Shown here in pieces: positions 24,788 to 33,581 of a DNA stretch of 40,906 bases. How positions within the stretch are numbered: position 1 is the first letter of the stretch; each line of letters opens with the position of its first letter. A program made the position numbers and the translations under genes. The stretch covers positions 1 through 40,906 of the forward strand of contig DATKAS010000268.1 of the NCBI GenBank assembly GCA_035497855.1. Reading direction: 5' to 3'. The notes below the pieces were generated by a model, which had not been told where the DNA came from, did no database searches, and saw only the letters and a list, made by a program, of their open reading frames with translations. The stretch comes from Acidimicrobiales bacterium (GTDB taxonomy: Bacteria; Actinomycetota; Acidimicrobiia; Acidimicrobiales; DATKAS01).

Positions 24788-24838
24788 TCTCCGCTGTACG
24801 CGCTCGTCCTGCTCGACCTCCACGAGGGGTGGGCATGG

Positions 24839-25168
24839 ATGGTCATCATCGGCAACGGGCTCGCGGGCGCTTGGGCGCTCGCCGCGAACTGGCTCGAGTG
24901 GTTGCGGATGCGGGCCCTCTGGTGGTTCACGGCGTTCGTCGAGCTCGCCGTGTTCGTGCAAGTCGCCCTCGGCGTCGCGCTCGTCAGCGGTGAGGGCCTG
25001 GTCGCGCCGAAGTTCCACATGTTCTACGGCTTCATCGCGATCATCGCGGTCGGCATCTTGTACTCGTACCGCGCGCAGCTGCGCGACCGCTTGTACTTGC
25101 TCTACGGCTTCGGCGGCCTCTTCATCATGGGCCTCGGGATCCGCGCCCTGCTCGTGGGCCGCACCTAG
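24839..25168 (+). CDS. small integral membrane protein (109 aa, four predicted TM helices)
   Basis: ATG is preceded by gagggg about 9 nt upstream. Uniformly hydrophobic helices with high GC3. No recognisable family. Confidence 0.5.
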   Translation: MVIIGNGLAGAWALAANWLEWLRMRALWWFTAFVELAVFVQVALGVALVSGEGLVAPKFHMFYGFIAIIAVGILYSYRAQLRDRLYLLYGFGGLFIMGLGIRALLVGRT

Positions 25169-25179
25169 CTCGCGCGGCG

Positions 25180-25416
25180 CTAGAGGTTGACCACCGGGCA
25201 GGTGAGGGTGCGGGTGATGCCGTCGATCATCTGGATCCGGCTCACGACGAGGCGGCCGAGATCGTCGACCGTGCTCGCTTCAGCCTTCGCGATCACGTCG
25301 TACGGGCCCGTCACATCGTCTGCCGCGACGACGCCTTCGACGGCGCCGACCTCGGACGCCACCTTGGCTGCCTTGCCCACCTCGGTCTGGATGAGGATGT
25401 ACGCGCTCACGGCCAT
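25180..25416 (-). CDS. Lrp/AsnC-type ligand-binding (RAM) domain protein, stand-alone, 78 aa
   Basis: MAVSAYILIQTEVGKAAKVASEV..VEGV..ADDVTGPYDVIAKAEA....DLGRLVVSRIQ.IDGITRT.T fits the AsnC_trans_reg domain. No HTH domain is present. It starts 17 nt after the pckG stop. Confidence 0.7.
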   Translation of the reverse strand: MAVSAYILIQTEVGKAAKVASEVGAVEGVVAADDVTGPYDVIAKAEASTVDDLGRLVVSRIQMIDGITRTLTCPVVNL

Positions 25417-25433
25417 GCCGCGAGCGTAGGGGG

Positions 25434-27224
25434 TCAGCCCGCCAGCCGCTTCCCGAGCTCGACGAGCTCGGCCCGCAGCTCCGGCGGGAGGTGCTCGCCG
25501 AACTGGGCGTAGTGCTGCTCGATGAGCGGGATCTCTGCCCGCCAGCCCCCGAGGTCGACGCTCAGCAGCTTCTCCATGTCGGCCTCGGTCACGTCGAGAC
25601 CGTCCGTCGAGATCGCGTCGAGTGTGGGAAGCAGGCCGATCGGTGTCTTCACTGCGTCGGCCTCGCCCGCGACGCGCTCGAATATCCACTTGAGCACGCG
25701 GCTGTTCTCGCCGAACCCGGGCCAGAGCCAGCGGCCGTCGGCGTCCTTGCGGAACCAGTTGACCATGAACAACGAAGGCAGCTTGTCGGGCTGCGTTGCC
25801 CCGCCGATCTCGAGCCAGTGGGCGAAGTAGTCGGCCATGTTGTACCCGCAGAACGGCAGCATGGCGAAGGGATCGCGACGCAGGTTGCCCACTGCGCCCA
25901 CCGCGGCGGCAGTCGTCTCCGATCCCATGATCGAGCCGAGGAACACGCCGTGCTCCCACGAGGTGGCCTCGTTGACGAGCGGCACGACCGACGCGCGCCG
26001 ACCACCGAACAAGATCGCCGAGATCGGCACGCCCTTCGGGTCTTCCCACTCCGGCGCGATCGCGGGGCACTGCGACGCAGGCGCGGTGAACCGAGCGTTC
26101 GGATGCGCAGCCGGCGTCCCTGTCTCGGGTGTCCACTGGTTCCCTCGCCAATCGGTGGCCCGAGGTGGCTTCTCGGGCGTCATGCCTTCCCACCACACGT
26201 CGCCGTCAGGCGTGAGTGCGGTGTTCGTGAAGATGCAGTTCTCCTCGAGCGTCATCATCGCGTTGGGGTTCGTGTCCATCCCCGTTCCGGGGGCGACGCC
26301 GAAGAACCCGGCCTCGGGGTTGATCGCGTAGAGCCGACCGTCCTCGCCGAACTTCATCCAGCAGATGTCGTCCCCGACGGTCTCGACCTTCCAGCCGGGG
26401 ATCGTCGGCACGAGCATCGCGAGGTTCGTCTTGCCGCACGCCGACGGGAATGCTCCCGCGATGTAGTTCGTCACGCCCTTCGGAGAGGTCAGCTTGAGGA
26501 TCAGCATGTGCTCCGCGAGCCATCCGTCGTCCCGAGCCATCACCGAAGCAATGCGTAGCGCGAAGCACTTCTTGCCGAGCAGCGCGTTGCCGCCGTACCC
26601 GGACCCGTACGACCAGATCTCACGGGACTCCGGGAAGTGGACGATGTACTTGTTCTCCGCGTCGCACGGCCATGGCACGTCGGCCTCTCCGGGCTCGAGC
26701 GGCGCGCCGACCGAGTGGACGCAGGGGACGAACTCACCATCGGCGCCGAGGACATCGAGTGCCGCCTGCCCCATCCGGGTCATCGTCCGCATGCTCACTG
26801 CGACATAGGCCGAGTCGGTGAGCTGCACGCCGATGTGCGCGATGTTGGAGCCGAGCGGCCCCATCGAGAACGGGACGACGTACATGGTGCGACCGCGCAT
26901 CGCACCGGTGAACAGCGCCAGCAGGTCGGCCCGCATCTGGGCGGGCTCGCGCCAGTTGTTCGTGGGACCGGCCTGGTCTTGCGTGGCCGAGCAGATGAAC
27001 GTGCGGTCCTCGACCCGGGCGACATCCCCCGGGTCTGAGTGTGCCCAATAGCTGTTGGGGCGCTTCTGGAGCTTCGTGAACGTGCCGGCCTCGACGAGCT
27101 CCGCGCACAACCGGTCGTGCTCTGCTGCCGAGCCGTCGCACCACTCGATCGCTGCGGGCTGGAGGATCGATGCCCAATGGTCGACCCACTCGCGCAAGGC
27201 CTTGTGTGTGGTGGTGGCGGTCAT
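25434..27224 (-). CDS. pckG: phosphoenolpyruvate carboxykinase (GTP)
   Basis: 596 aa. RTFICS, the kinase-1a loop [13 protein letters not shown], and [16 protein letters not shown] are all typical of GTP-dependent PEPCK. An SD-like ggag lies 7 nt upstream. Confidence 0.93.
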   Translation of the reverse strand: MTATTTHKALREWVDHWASILQPAAIEWCDGSAAEHDRLCAELVEAGTFTKLQKRPNSYWAHSDPGDVARVEDRTFICSATQDQAGPTNNWREPAQMRADLLALFTGAMRGRTMYVVPFSMGPLGSNIAHIGVQLTDSAYVAVSMRTMTRMGQAALDVLGADGEFVPCVHSVGAPLEPGEADVPWPCDAENKYIVHFPESREIWSYGSGYGGNALLGKKCFALRIASVMARDDGWLAEHMLILKLTSPKGVTNYIAGAFPSACGKTNLAMLVPTIPGWKVETVGDDICWMKFGEDGRLYAINPEAGFFGVAPGTGMDTNPNAMMTLEENCIFTNTALTPDGDVWWEGMTPEKPPRATDWRGNQWTPETGTPAAHPNARFTAPASQCPAIAPEWEDPKGVPISAILFGGRRASVVPLVNEATSWEHGVFLGSIMGSETTAAAVGAVGNLRRDPFAMLPFCGYNMADYFAHWLEIGGATQPDKLPSLFMVNWFRKDADGRWLWPGFGENSRVLKWIFERVAGEADAVKTPIGLLPTLDAISTDGLDVTEADMEKLLSVDLGGWRAEIPLIEQHYAQFGEHLPPELRAELVELGKRLAG

Positions 27225-27255
27225 GTGTGCTCCGGACGGATGAGGGGTGTGGGAG

Positions 27256-27492
27256 CTAGCTGTCGGCCGGTGTGAAGCCGGGGGTGCCCATGTCGATCTC
27301 GGACCCGAGACGCAGCCGGGTGGCGAGCCCGTCGTCGTTCAGCTCGAAGATCACGCGCTGGCCCTGGCGAAGCATGCGGAAGACCGAACCGGCCAACGCA
27401 TCGGACGCCAGGTCGTGCTCGGACAGATCGGAGTCGCGAACGACCACACCGTCACCAGTACCCGGGTCGTAGGACTTGATCACGCCCTGCAT
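27256..27492 (-). CDS. small conserved hypothetical protein (78 aa), possibly a cold-shock/OB-like fold
   Basis: High-GC3 [23 protein letters not shown] loosely resembles the start of cold-shock domains. ATG at 27492, with an in-frame TTG at 27498 as alternative. TAACCT lies 9 nt upstream. Confidence 0.45.
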   Translation of the reverse strand: MQGVIKSYDPGTGDGVVVRDSDLSEHDLASDALAGSVFRMLRQGQRVIFELNDDGLATRLRLGSEIDMGTPGFTPADS

Positions 27493-27566
27493 GCCCAATC
27501 GAGGTTACCGGCGGCCCAGGAAGGGGACCAACCAAGGGCCATGCGGCCTTAGGCTCCTTCGCAACG

Positions 27567-29705
27567 ATGACGACGAACCCCGCGCCGCTCACCTTGACCG
27601 AGTTGCACGCGATCCCGGTCACGGCGCTCAAGGGTGTGGGCCCCAAGAAGGCGGACGGGCTCGAGGAGCTCGGCGTGTCCACCGTGCTCGACCTCCTGAC
27701 CTACTACCCGAGGCGTTGGGTGGACCGCACCAACGAGGCCCGGGTCGGCGACCTGCGGGACGGTGAGGAGGCGCTCGTCCTCGTCACCGTCAAGTCGACG
27801 CACCGCGCGACGACGCGGACTCGCAAGCAGATGGTGACCGTCGAGACCGGTGACGAGTCGGGACGCCTCCGGGTCGTGTTCTTCAATCAGGCGTGGCGAG
27901 AACGCCAGCTCCATCCCGGGCTGCAGGTCGCCCTGTTCGGACGCGCCGAGTCGTACCGCGGGCGCCTCACGATGACGAATCCTGTCGTCGACCTCATCGG
28001 CGATCGCACGGGTCGGATCGTCCCGGTGTACCCGCAGTCCGAGAAGGCCGGGCTGACCACGTGGGAGATCGCCGGATGGGTCGAGACCGCGCTCGCGCGA
28101 TCGCGGGTGCGCGGCATCGCCGATCCCGTGCCCGCCGCGGTGGTCCAGCGCCTCCATCTCGAGGGCCGCGAGCGCGCGATCCGCGCGATCCATGCGCCCG
28201 ACTCGATGGACGCGCAGCGCTCCGCGCGGCGCAGGCTCGTGTTCGACGAGCTGCTGCGCGTGCAGCTCGCTCTGGTGCTCCGCAAGCGGGCGATCGAGCA
28301 GGAGTCCGTCGGCATCAGCCACGTCGTGCACGGCGCGCTCGTCGAGCGGTTCCACGATCGGCTCCCGTTCCCGCTCACCGGCGCGCAGCAGCGGGTCATC
28401 GAGCAGATCGAGCACGACCTCGCGGAGCCCCGTCCGATGCACCGGCTGCTCCAGGGCGACGTGGGCGCGGGCAAGACGGTCGTCGCGGTGTCCGCGCTCC
28501 TCGTCGCGGTGCAAGGGGGACATCAAGGCGCCCTGATGGCGCCGACCGAGGTGCTCGCGGAGCAGCACGCGCTCGGCGTGCGCTCGCTCCTCACGGATCT
28601 CGCAGTCCCCGATCCGTCGACGCTCACCGGTGACCGTCCGCTGCGCGTCGAGCTCCTGACGAACCGCACGACGGCGGCCGAGCGTCGCCGCATCGCGGCG
28701 GGCCTCGCGGACGGCTCGGTCGACCTCCTCATCGGCACGCACGCGCTCATCCAGGAGGGGGTCGCGCTGCGCTCGCTCGGCGTCGTGGTGATCGACGAGC
28801 AGCACCGGTTCGGCGTCGAGCAGCGCGCGATGCTGCGCGCGAAGGGACGTGAAGGCGCCGTGCCCGACGTGCTCGTGATGACCGCGACGCCCATCCCCCG
28901 CACCGCGGCGATGACCGTGTACGGCGACCTCGACGTGAGCGTGCTCGACGAGATGCCGCCGGGTCGCACGCCGATCGTCACGAGATGGGCACGCAGCGAG
29001 CTCGACGCGACGCAAGCGTGGGAGGCGGTGCGCGCAGAGGTCGCCGCCGGGCATCAGGCCTACGTCGTGTGCCCGCTGATCGAGGAGTCGGACAAGCTCG
29101 AGGTCGCGTCGGCGACGGAGACGTTCGATCGGCTGCAAGCGGGGGAGCTGAAGGGGCTACGCCTCGCGTTGCTGCACGGACGTCTGCCCGCGCCGGAGAA
29201 GGCGGCGATCTTCGAGGCGTTCCGCACGGGATCGATCGATGTGCTCGTTGCGACGACGGTCATCGAGGTCGGTGTCGATGTCCCGAACGCCACCGCGATG
29301 GTCGTCCTCGATGCGAGCCGCTTCGGCATCGCCCAGCTGCATCAGCTCCGCGGCCGGGTCGGGCGAGGCGCGGCCGCGTCGGTGTGCTGGCTGATCGACG
29401 ACGGGGCCGCCGAGGGCGCTGAAGCGCGGCTCGACGCGCTCGTGAAGTCGACCGACGGGTTCGAGCTGGCAGAGGTCGACCTCGAGCTCCGAGGTGAGGG
29501 GACGATCATGGGTGAGCGTCAGAAGGGCCGAAGCGACCTGCGGCTCGCGTCGCTGCGTCGCGACCGGGAGATGGTGGGCACGGCTCGGGAGGCGGCGTTC
29601 GAGATCGTCGATGCTCCCGGTGGGATCGGGGCGCAGCCCGGGCTCGCGGACGAGCTCCGACTGTTCGTGGGCGACGAGGAAGCCGACTTCTTGCTGAAGG
29701 GCTGA
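27567..29705 (+). CDS. recG: ATP-dependent DNA helicase RecG
   Basis: 712 aa. N-terminal wedge/OB region, Walker A GDVGAGKT, DEQHRFG, TATPIPRT and QLHQLRGRVGRG. Confidence 0.93.
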   Translation: MTTNPAPLTLTELHAIPVTALKGVGPKKADGLEELGVSTVLDLLTYYPRRWVDRTNEARVGDLRDGEEALVLVTVKSTHRATTRTRKQMVTVETGDESGRLRVVFFNQAWRERQLHPGLQVALFGRAESYRGRLTMTNPVVDLIGDRTGRIVPVYPQSEKAGLTTWEIAGWVETALARSRVRGIADPVPAAVVQRLHLEGRERAIRAIHAPDSMDAQRSARRRLVFDELLRVQLALVLRKRAIEQESVGISHVVHGALVERFHDRLPFPLTGAQQRVIEQIEHDLAEPRPMHRLLQGDVGAGKTVVAVSALLVAVQGGHQGALMAPTEVLAEQHALGVRSLLTDLAVPDPSTLTGDRPLRVELLTNRTTAAERRRIAAGLADGSVDLLIGTHALIQEGVALRSLGVVVIDEQHRFGVEQRAMLRAKGREGAVPDVLVMTATPIPRTAAMTVYGDLDVSVLDEMPPGRTPIVTRWARSELDATQAWEAVRAEVAAGHQAYVVCPLIEESDKLEVASATETFDRLQAGELKGLRLALLHGRLPAPEKAAIFEAFRTGSIDVLVATTVIEVGVDVPNATAMVVLDASRFGIAQLHQLRGRVGRGAAASVCWLIDDGAAEGAEARLDALVKSTDGFELAEVDLELRGEGTIMGERQKGRSDLRLASLRRDREMVGTAREAAFEIVDAPGGIGAQPGLADELRLFVGDEEADFLLKG

Positions 29706-29720
29706 CCGCGGGGTTGGTTG

Positions 29721-30200
29721 CTACGCGAGCACGGCGTCGAGCTTCTTCTCGACAGCCTCTTCGCTCGTGTTGAGCGAGAAGCTCAGCTCTGAGACGAGCA
29801 CACGCCTCGCGTTCATCAGCATCGTCTTCTCACCGCTCGACAGCCCGCTGTCGCGGTTGCGGAGCGAGAGGTTTCGCACGACCTCGGCGACTTGGTACAC
29901 GTCGCCCGACTTCAGCTTCTCGAGGTGGTTCTTGAAGCGCCGCGACCAGTTCGACGGCATGCGGGCGTCTTTCTTGGCGAGCACGTCGAGGATGTCTTCG
30001 ACTTCGTCCTTGCTGACGGGCGGCCGGATGCCGACTTCCTCGGCCTTCTCGACGGGCACCATCAGCGTCAGATCGCCGTGCGTCACGCGCAGGACCAGGT
30101 ACTCGACCTTCTCGCCGAACATCTCGCGCTTCTCCTTGCGCTCGATGACAGCTGCCCCGTGATGGGGATACACCACGCGGTCTCCGACCTTGAATCCCAC
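29721..30200 (-). CDS. carD: CarD-family RNA polymerase-binding transcription regulator
   Basis: GTG at 30200 with GGAGGA upstream (3-nt gap). VGFKVGDRVVYPHHGAAVIE...EYLVL...GDLTLMVPV...NWSRRFK.N.EKLKSGD is collinear with mycobacterial CarD. 159 aa. Confidence 0.9.
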   Translation of the reverse strand: MGFKVGDRVVYPHHGAAVIERKEKREMFGEKVEYLVLRVTHGDLTLMVPVEKAEEVGIRPPVSKDEVEDILDVLAKKDARMPSNWSRRFKNHLEKLKSGDVYQVAEVVRNLSLRNRDSGLSSGEKTMLMNARRVLVSELSFSLNTSEEAVEKKLDAVLA

Positions 30201-30265
30201 TACGTCCTCCGCACTTCGCACGCGTCCGGTCATCCAGGATGCCAGATCTGAGCCCGATCCCCTAC

Positions 30266-30433
30266 TCACTGCTCGGCGTCATCCGGCACAACCAGGTCCC
30301 ATCGGTCGTTGCAGTCGGCGCAGCGGTACGTCACGACGTCACCCGGGTACCACTCGCCGTCCTCGGGCGGATAGGAGATGAGGTGCGCGCGCCCTCCGCA
30401 GTCGATGCACGTGATGACCAGATCGACCTGCAC
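30266..30433 (-). CDS. small zinc-ribbon protein (55 aa), not in the supplied ORF track
   Basis: Minus-strand translation: VQVDLVITCIDCGGRAHLISYPPEDGEWYPGDVVTYRCADCNDRWDLVVPDDAEQ*. It has two CxxC pairs and high GC3. The GTG is 1 nt after the enoyl-CoA hydratase TGA (tgacGTG). Confidence 0.55.
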   Translation of the reverse strand: MQVDLVITCIDCGGRAHLISYPPEDGEWYPGDVVTYRCADCNDRWDLVVPDDAEQ

Positions 30434-30434
30434 G

Positions 30435-31136
30435 TCAGCTTCGCTTGCGCTCGGCGAAGCGCGCCACGCCTGCCGTGAATCCCGGGTCGAAGATCACCGC
30501 GTCGCCGTGCTCGGCTTCGTTGGCCAGCGCGGCGTCGAGGTCGAGGCCGATGCTCTCGTACACCGACAGGCGGTCGTGGACGACTGCCGGCCACGGCGAT
30601 GCCGCGATCTGCTCTGCGATCTCGATCGCGGTGTCGAGCGCGCGTCCCGGGGGTGTGACGCGGTTGACCAAGCCGATCGCGAACGCCTCTTCGACGTCGA
30701 TCTCGCGCCCCGTGAGGATGAGGTCGAGCGCGCGCCCGAGGCCGACGATCCGCGGCAGGCGCACCGTTCCACCGTCGACGAGCGGCACGCCGTAGCGACG
30801 CTCGAGGCAACCGAGACGAGCGTTCGCACCAGCGATGCGGAAGTCGCACCAGCAAGCCAGCTCGAGGCCACCCGCGACACACCACCCTTCGATCGCCGCG
30901 ATGACAGGCTTCGACAGCTGGAGGCGGGTCGGCCCGAGCGGACCGCTCGGGCGGAGTCGGGGGAGGTCCTTCAAGTTCGCGCCCGCGCAGAACGCAGCGT
31001 CGTCACCGGTGAGGATGGCGACCTTCGCGGCGTCGTCCGCCTCGAACGCGAGGAACGAGTCGAGGAGTCGCTGCGCGGTCTCGGTGTTGATCGCGTTGCG
31101 CACTGCGGGCTGGTCAATGCGGACGATCGTGATCAC
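30435..31136 (-). CDS. enoyl-CoA hydratase/isomerase (crotonase) family protein
   Basis: GTG at 31136 (VITIVRIDQPAVRNAI...). Oxyanion-hole blocks FCAGANL and AAIEGWCVAGGLELA. 233 aa. Confidence 0.85.
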   Translation of the reverse strand: MITIVRIDQPAVRNAINTETAQRLLDSFLAFEADDAAKVAILTGDDAAFCAGANLKDLPRLRPSGPLGPTRLQLSKPVIAAIEGWCVAGGLELACWCDFRIAGANARLGCLERRYGVPLVDGGTVRLPRIVGLGRALDLILTGREIDVEEAFAIGLVNRVTPPGRALDTAIEIAEQIAASPWPAVVHDRLSVYESIGLDLDAALANEAEHGDAVIFDPGFTAGVARFAERKRS

Positions 31137-31143
31137 GGACCCG

Positions 31144-31149
31144 ACAGTA
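31144..31149 (-). promoter_or_regulatory. candidate -10 hexamer TACTGT, 7 nt upstream of the crotonase GTG (leaderless-type)
   Basis: The minus strand reads tactgt-cgggtcc-GTG. It overlaps the opposing candidate by 2 bp. Confidence 0.3.
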
Positions 31150-31153
31150 GGGT
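31148..31153 (+). promoter_or_regulatory. candidate -10 hexamer TAGGGT, 8 nt upstream of the rsmD ATG (leaderless-type)
   Basis: The plus strand reads tagggt-ccccgccg-ATG. Confidence 0.3.
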
Positions 31154-31161
31154 CCCCGCCG

Positions 31162-31686
31162 ATGCGTGTGGTCGCCGGGAAGGCGCGGGGGCGCCGACTC
31201 GTGGCACCTCGTGGCACCGACACCCGTCCGACGAGTGACCGGGTGCGAGAGGCGACGTTCAACGCCCTTCGCTCGATCGATGCGCTCGACGGCGCTGCCG
31301 TCGTCGACCTCTTCGCCGGCAGCGGTGCGCTCGGGATCGAGGCCCTGTCGCGTGGCGCGGCGTCGTGTGTGTTCGTGGAGGCCGACCCCAAGGCCGTGGC
31401 GGTGATCCACGAGAACCTCGCGCACACGGCCGTCTCCGGGGCCACCGTCGTGCGAGCCGATGTCATGCGGTGGATCACCACGCACCGACGGCCCTTCGAC
31501 CTCGTCCTCGCGGACCCGCCGTACGCCTTCGACGACTGGCCGGCCCTGCTCGACGGGCTCGACGCGCCGCTCGTCGTCATCGAGTCGGATCGAGAGATCG
31601 ACCCGGGAGACCGCTGGTTGATCACGAGATCGAAGCGCTACGGCGGTACCGTGGTGGCGTTCGTGGCGCGGGCGGCCCAGCGCTGA
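31162..31686 (+). CDS. rsmD: 16S rRNA (guanine966-N2)-methyltransferase
   Basis: MRVVAGKARGRRL..P.G..TRPTSDRVREA.FN, the SAM motif DLFAGSGALGIEALSRGA, and the catalytic DPPY. 174 aa. Conserved position upstream of coaD. Confidence 0.88.
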   Translation: MRVVAGKARGRRLVAPRGTDTRPTSDRVREATFNALRSIDALDGAAVVDLFAGSGALGIEALSRGAASCVFVEADPKAVAVIHENLAHTAVSGATVVRADVMRWITTHRRPFDLVLADPPYAFDDWPALLDGLDAPLVVIESDREIDPGDRWLITRSKRYGGTVVAFVARAAQR

Positions 31687-31732
31687 TCCCATTCCGCCTG
31701 CCCCCACGAGCGGCTGATCCAACGGAGCGACC

Positions 31733-32212
31733 GTGAGCAAGGTGCTGTACCCGGGGTCGTTCGACCCCCTTCACAACGGACACATCGAGATCATCGAGAC
31801 AGCAGCGCGCCTGTTCGACGAGGTCGTCGTCGCGGCGATGCGCAACCCGCAGAAGGGCGAGCCGGCGTTCTCGTTCGAGGAGCGTGAGGCGATCCTCGAG
31901 GAGTCGCTGAGCCACATCCCGGGTGTGTCCGTCACCATGTTCTCTGGTCTCGTCGTCGACCTTGCCGATGAGCTGGGAGTGGACTTCATCGTGAAGGGCT
32001 TGCGCGCCACCTCCGACTTCGAGGTCGAGCTCCAAATGGCGCAGATGAACTACGCGGTCTCCGGCATGCACACGGTCTTCCTGCCGTCGGCTTCCTCGCA
32101 TTCGTTCCTCGCGTCGAAGTTCCTCCGCGACATGGCGCGGTTCGGCCGCGACGTCAGCTCGATGGTGCCTGCGCCCGTGGCAAAGCGGTTGCAGGAGAAG
32201 TACGCGCGATGA
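31733..32212 (+). CDS. coaD: pantetheine-phosphate adenylyltransferase
   Basis: YPGSFDPLHNGHIEII is the nucleotidyltransferase (H/T)xGH motif. 159 aa. GTG start. Confidence 0.92.
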   Translation: MSKVLYPGSFDPLHNGHIEIIETAARLFDEVVVAAMRNPQKGEPAFSFEEREAILEESLSHIPGVSVTMFSGLVVDLADELGVDFIVKGLRATSDFEVELQMAQMNYAVSGMHTVFLPSASSHSFLASKFLRDMARFGRDVSSMVPAPVAKRLQEKYAR

Positions 32213-32790
32213 CCGACAACCGTGAGCGCGACGACACCGACACCGGAGAGCACCCGGTCCCGCGGCTGAGCGACTCGGAGGCGTTGCTGCGACGCGTCGC
32301 CGACATCATCTCGTCTGCCAAGACGATGCCGTTGTCCTCGTCGGCGATGATCAACCGCGACGAGATCCTTGAGCTCTTGGAGGAAGCCAACAACCGGCTG
32401 CCCGAAGAGCTACGGGCTGCGCGCTGGCTGCTGCGCGAGCGGGACGAGTTCCTCGCGAAGACTCGTCGAGAAGGCGACGACATCCTCGACGCGGCGCGCG
32501 CCCAGGCGGAGCGCATGGTGCAGCGCACCGAAGTGGTGCGTGCCGCCGAGCACCGCGCCCGGCAGGTCGTCACCTCCGCCGAGGACGAAGCGCGCCGCCT
32601 GCGCCACGAAGTGGAGGACTACTGCGACCAACGCCTCGCGCAGTTCGAGGTCGTGCTCGACAAGGTGCTGCGCACCGTGCAGGCGGGGCGCGAGCGGCTC
32701 GCACCCACCGGCCTTCCCGAGCCCGAGGAGCACGAGGCGGAAGCGGCCGCCGCGCACGAAGCGGTGTTCTTCGATCAGGACCAGCCGTGA
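32209..32790 (+). CDS. hypothetical coiled-coil protein (charged Arg/Glu-rich helical region resembling ATP-synthase-b-like proteins)
   Basis: The ATG overlaps the coaD TGA (ATGA). 193 aa, with a long Arg/Glu/Ala-rich helical segment. No catalytic motif recognised. Confidence 0.55.
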   Translation: MTDNRERDDTDTGEHPVPRLSDSEALLRRVADIISSAKTMPLSSSAMINRDEILELLEEANNRLPEELRAARWLLRERDEFLAKTRREGDDILDAARAQAERMVQRTEVVRAAEHRARQVVTSAEDEARRLRHEVEDYCDQRLAQFEVVLDKVLRTVQAGRERLAPTGLPEPEEHEAEAAAAHEAVFFDQDQP

Positions 32791-33344
32791 CCACGCTGCA
32801 GGGTCTGGTCACCCCTGTCACCGATCTGCTTCGCCATCCAGGCGAGCAGCGCCACATCGACGTCGAGGTGCGCGCGACCGAGATCGACGTCGGCGACGCG
32901 GCTGTCCCGGAGGGCGCGCTCGTCGAGATCCGAGGTGAGCTCGCATCCGTGTCTGACGCGATCGTGTTCACGGGGACGGTGCGCGCCCCGTGGCGAGCGG
33001 TCTGCCGGCGCTGCCTCGGGCCGGCGCACGGCGAGCTCGTCGCACCGATCCGCGAGGTCTTCGCGCGGCCCGGACGCGAGATCGCGGCCGACGACGATGT
33101 CCTCCCCATCAGCGGCGAGACCATCGACCTCGGGCCGGCAGTGCACGATGCGCTCGCGCTCGAGCTCCCACTCGCCCCGCTGTGCCGTGAGGCCTGCGCA
33201 GGGCTGTGCCCGACGTGCGGCGTGGATCGCAACCACGCTCGCTGCTCCTGCCGCGCCGACACGAAGGACCCCCGGTGGTCCGCCCTCGACGCCCTGAGGC
33301 TCCCCAACCAGGCGCGGTTCGACCCGGGCCCCGCTGCTCGCTAG
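32787..33344 (+). CDS. yceD: YceD/DUF177 family protein (large-subunit ribosome maturation factor)
   Basis: The GTG overlaps the preceding TGA (GTGA). C-terminal Cys cluster C.E.C.GLCPTCG. It lies immediately upstream of rpmF, as in most bacteria. Confidence 0.8.
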   Translation: MTTLQGLVTPVTDLLRHPGEQRHIDVEVRATEIDVGDAAVPEGALVEIRGELASVSDAIVFTGTVRAPWRAVCRRCLGPAHGELVAPIREVFARPGREIAADDDVLPISGETIDLGPAVHDALALELPLAPLCREACAGLCPTCGVDRNHARCSCRADTKDPRWSALDALRLPNQARFDPGPAAR

Positions 33345-33377
33345 CCTGCTCCGGCCCGATCGCGCGAAGGATCCACG

Positions 33378-33557
33378 ATGGCAGTCCCGAAGAAGAAGAC
33401 CTCCAAGGCGAAGAGCCGCAGCCGGCGAGCGTCGGCCTGGACGCTCGATGCCCCTGCCCGCAGCGTGTGCCCGCGCTGCGGCGCCGCGAAGCGGCCACAC
33501 ACCGTCTGTGGCACGTGCGGTTGGTACAAGGGTCGCCAAGCCGTCGACGTCGACTGA
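33378..33557 (+). CDS. rpmF: 50S ribosomal protein L32
   Basis: MAVPKKKTSKAKSRSRRA... with a CPRCG...CGTCG zinc knuckle. 59 aa. SD gaagga lies 6 nt upstream. Below the ORF-track size cut-off. Confidence 0.93.
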   Translation: MAVPKKKTSKAKSRSRRASAWTLDAPARSVCPRCGAAKRPHTVCGTCGWYKGRQAVDVD

Positions 33558-33581
33558 CGTCGGCTGACTTGCCTCACGTCT

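Noticed and set aside
24785-24838. TGA read-through or selenocysteine fusion of the DUF455 protein to the downstream membrane protein (same frame)
   Set aside because: Sharing a frame has a one-in-three chance expectation. The downstream ATG has its own SD-like gagggg. I saw no obvious SECIS-like hairpin after the TGA.
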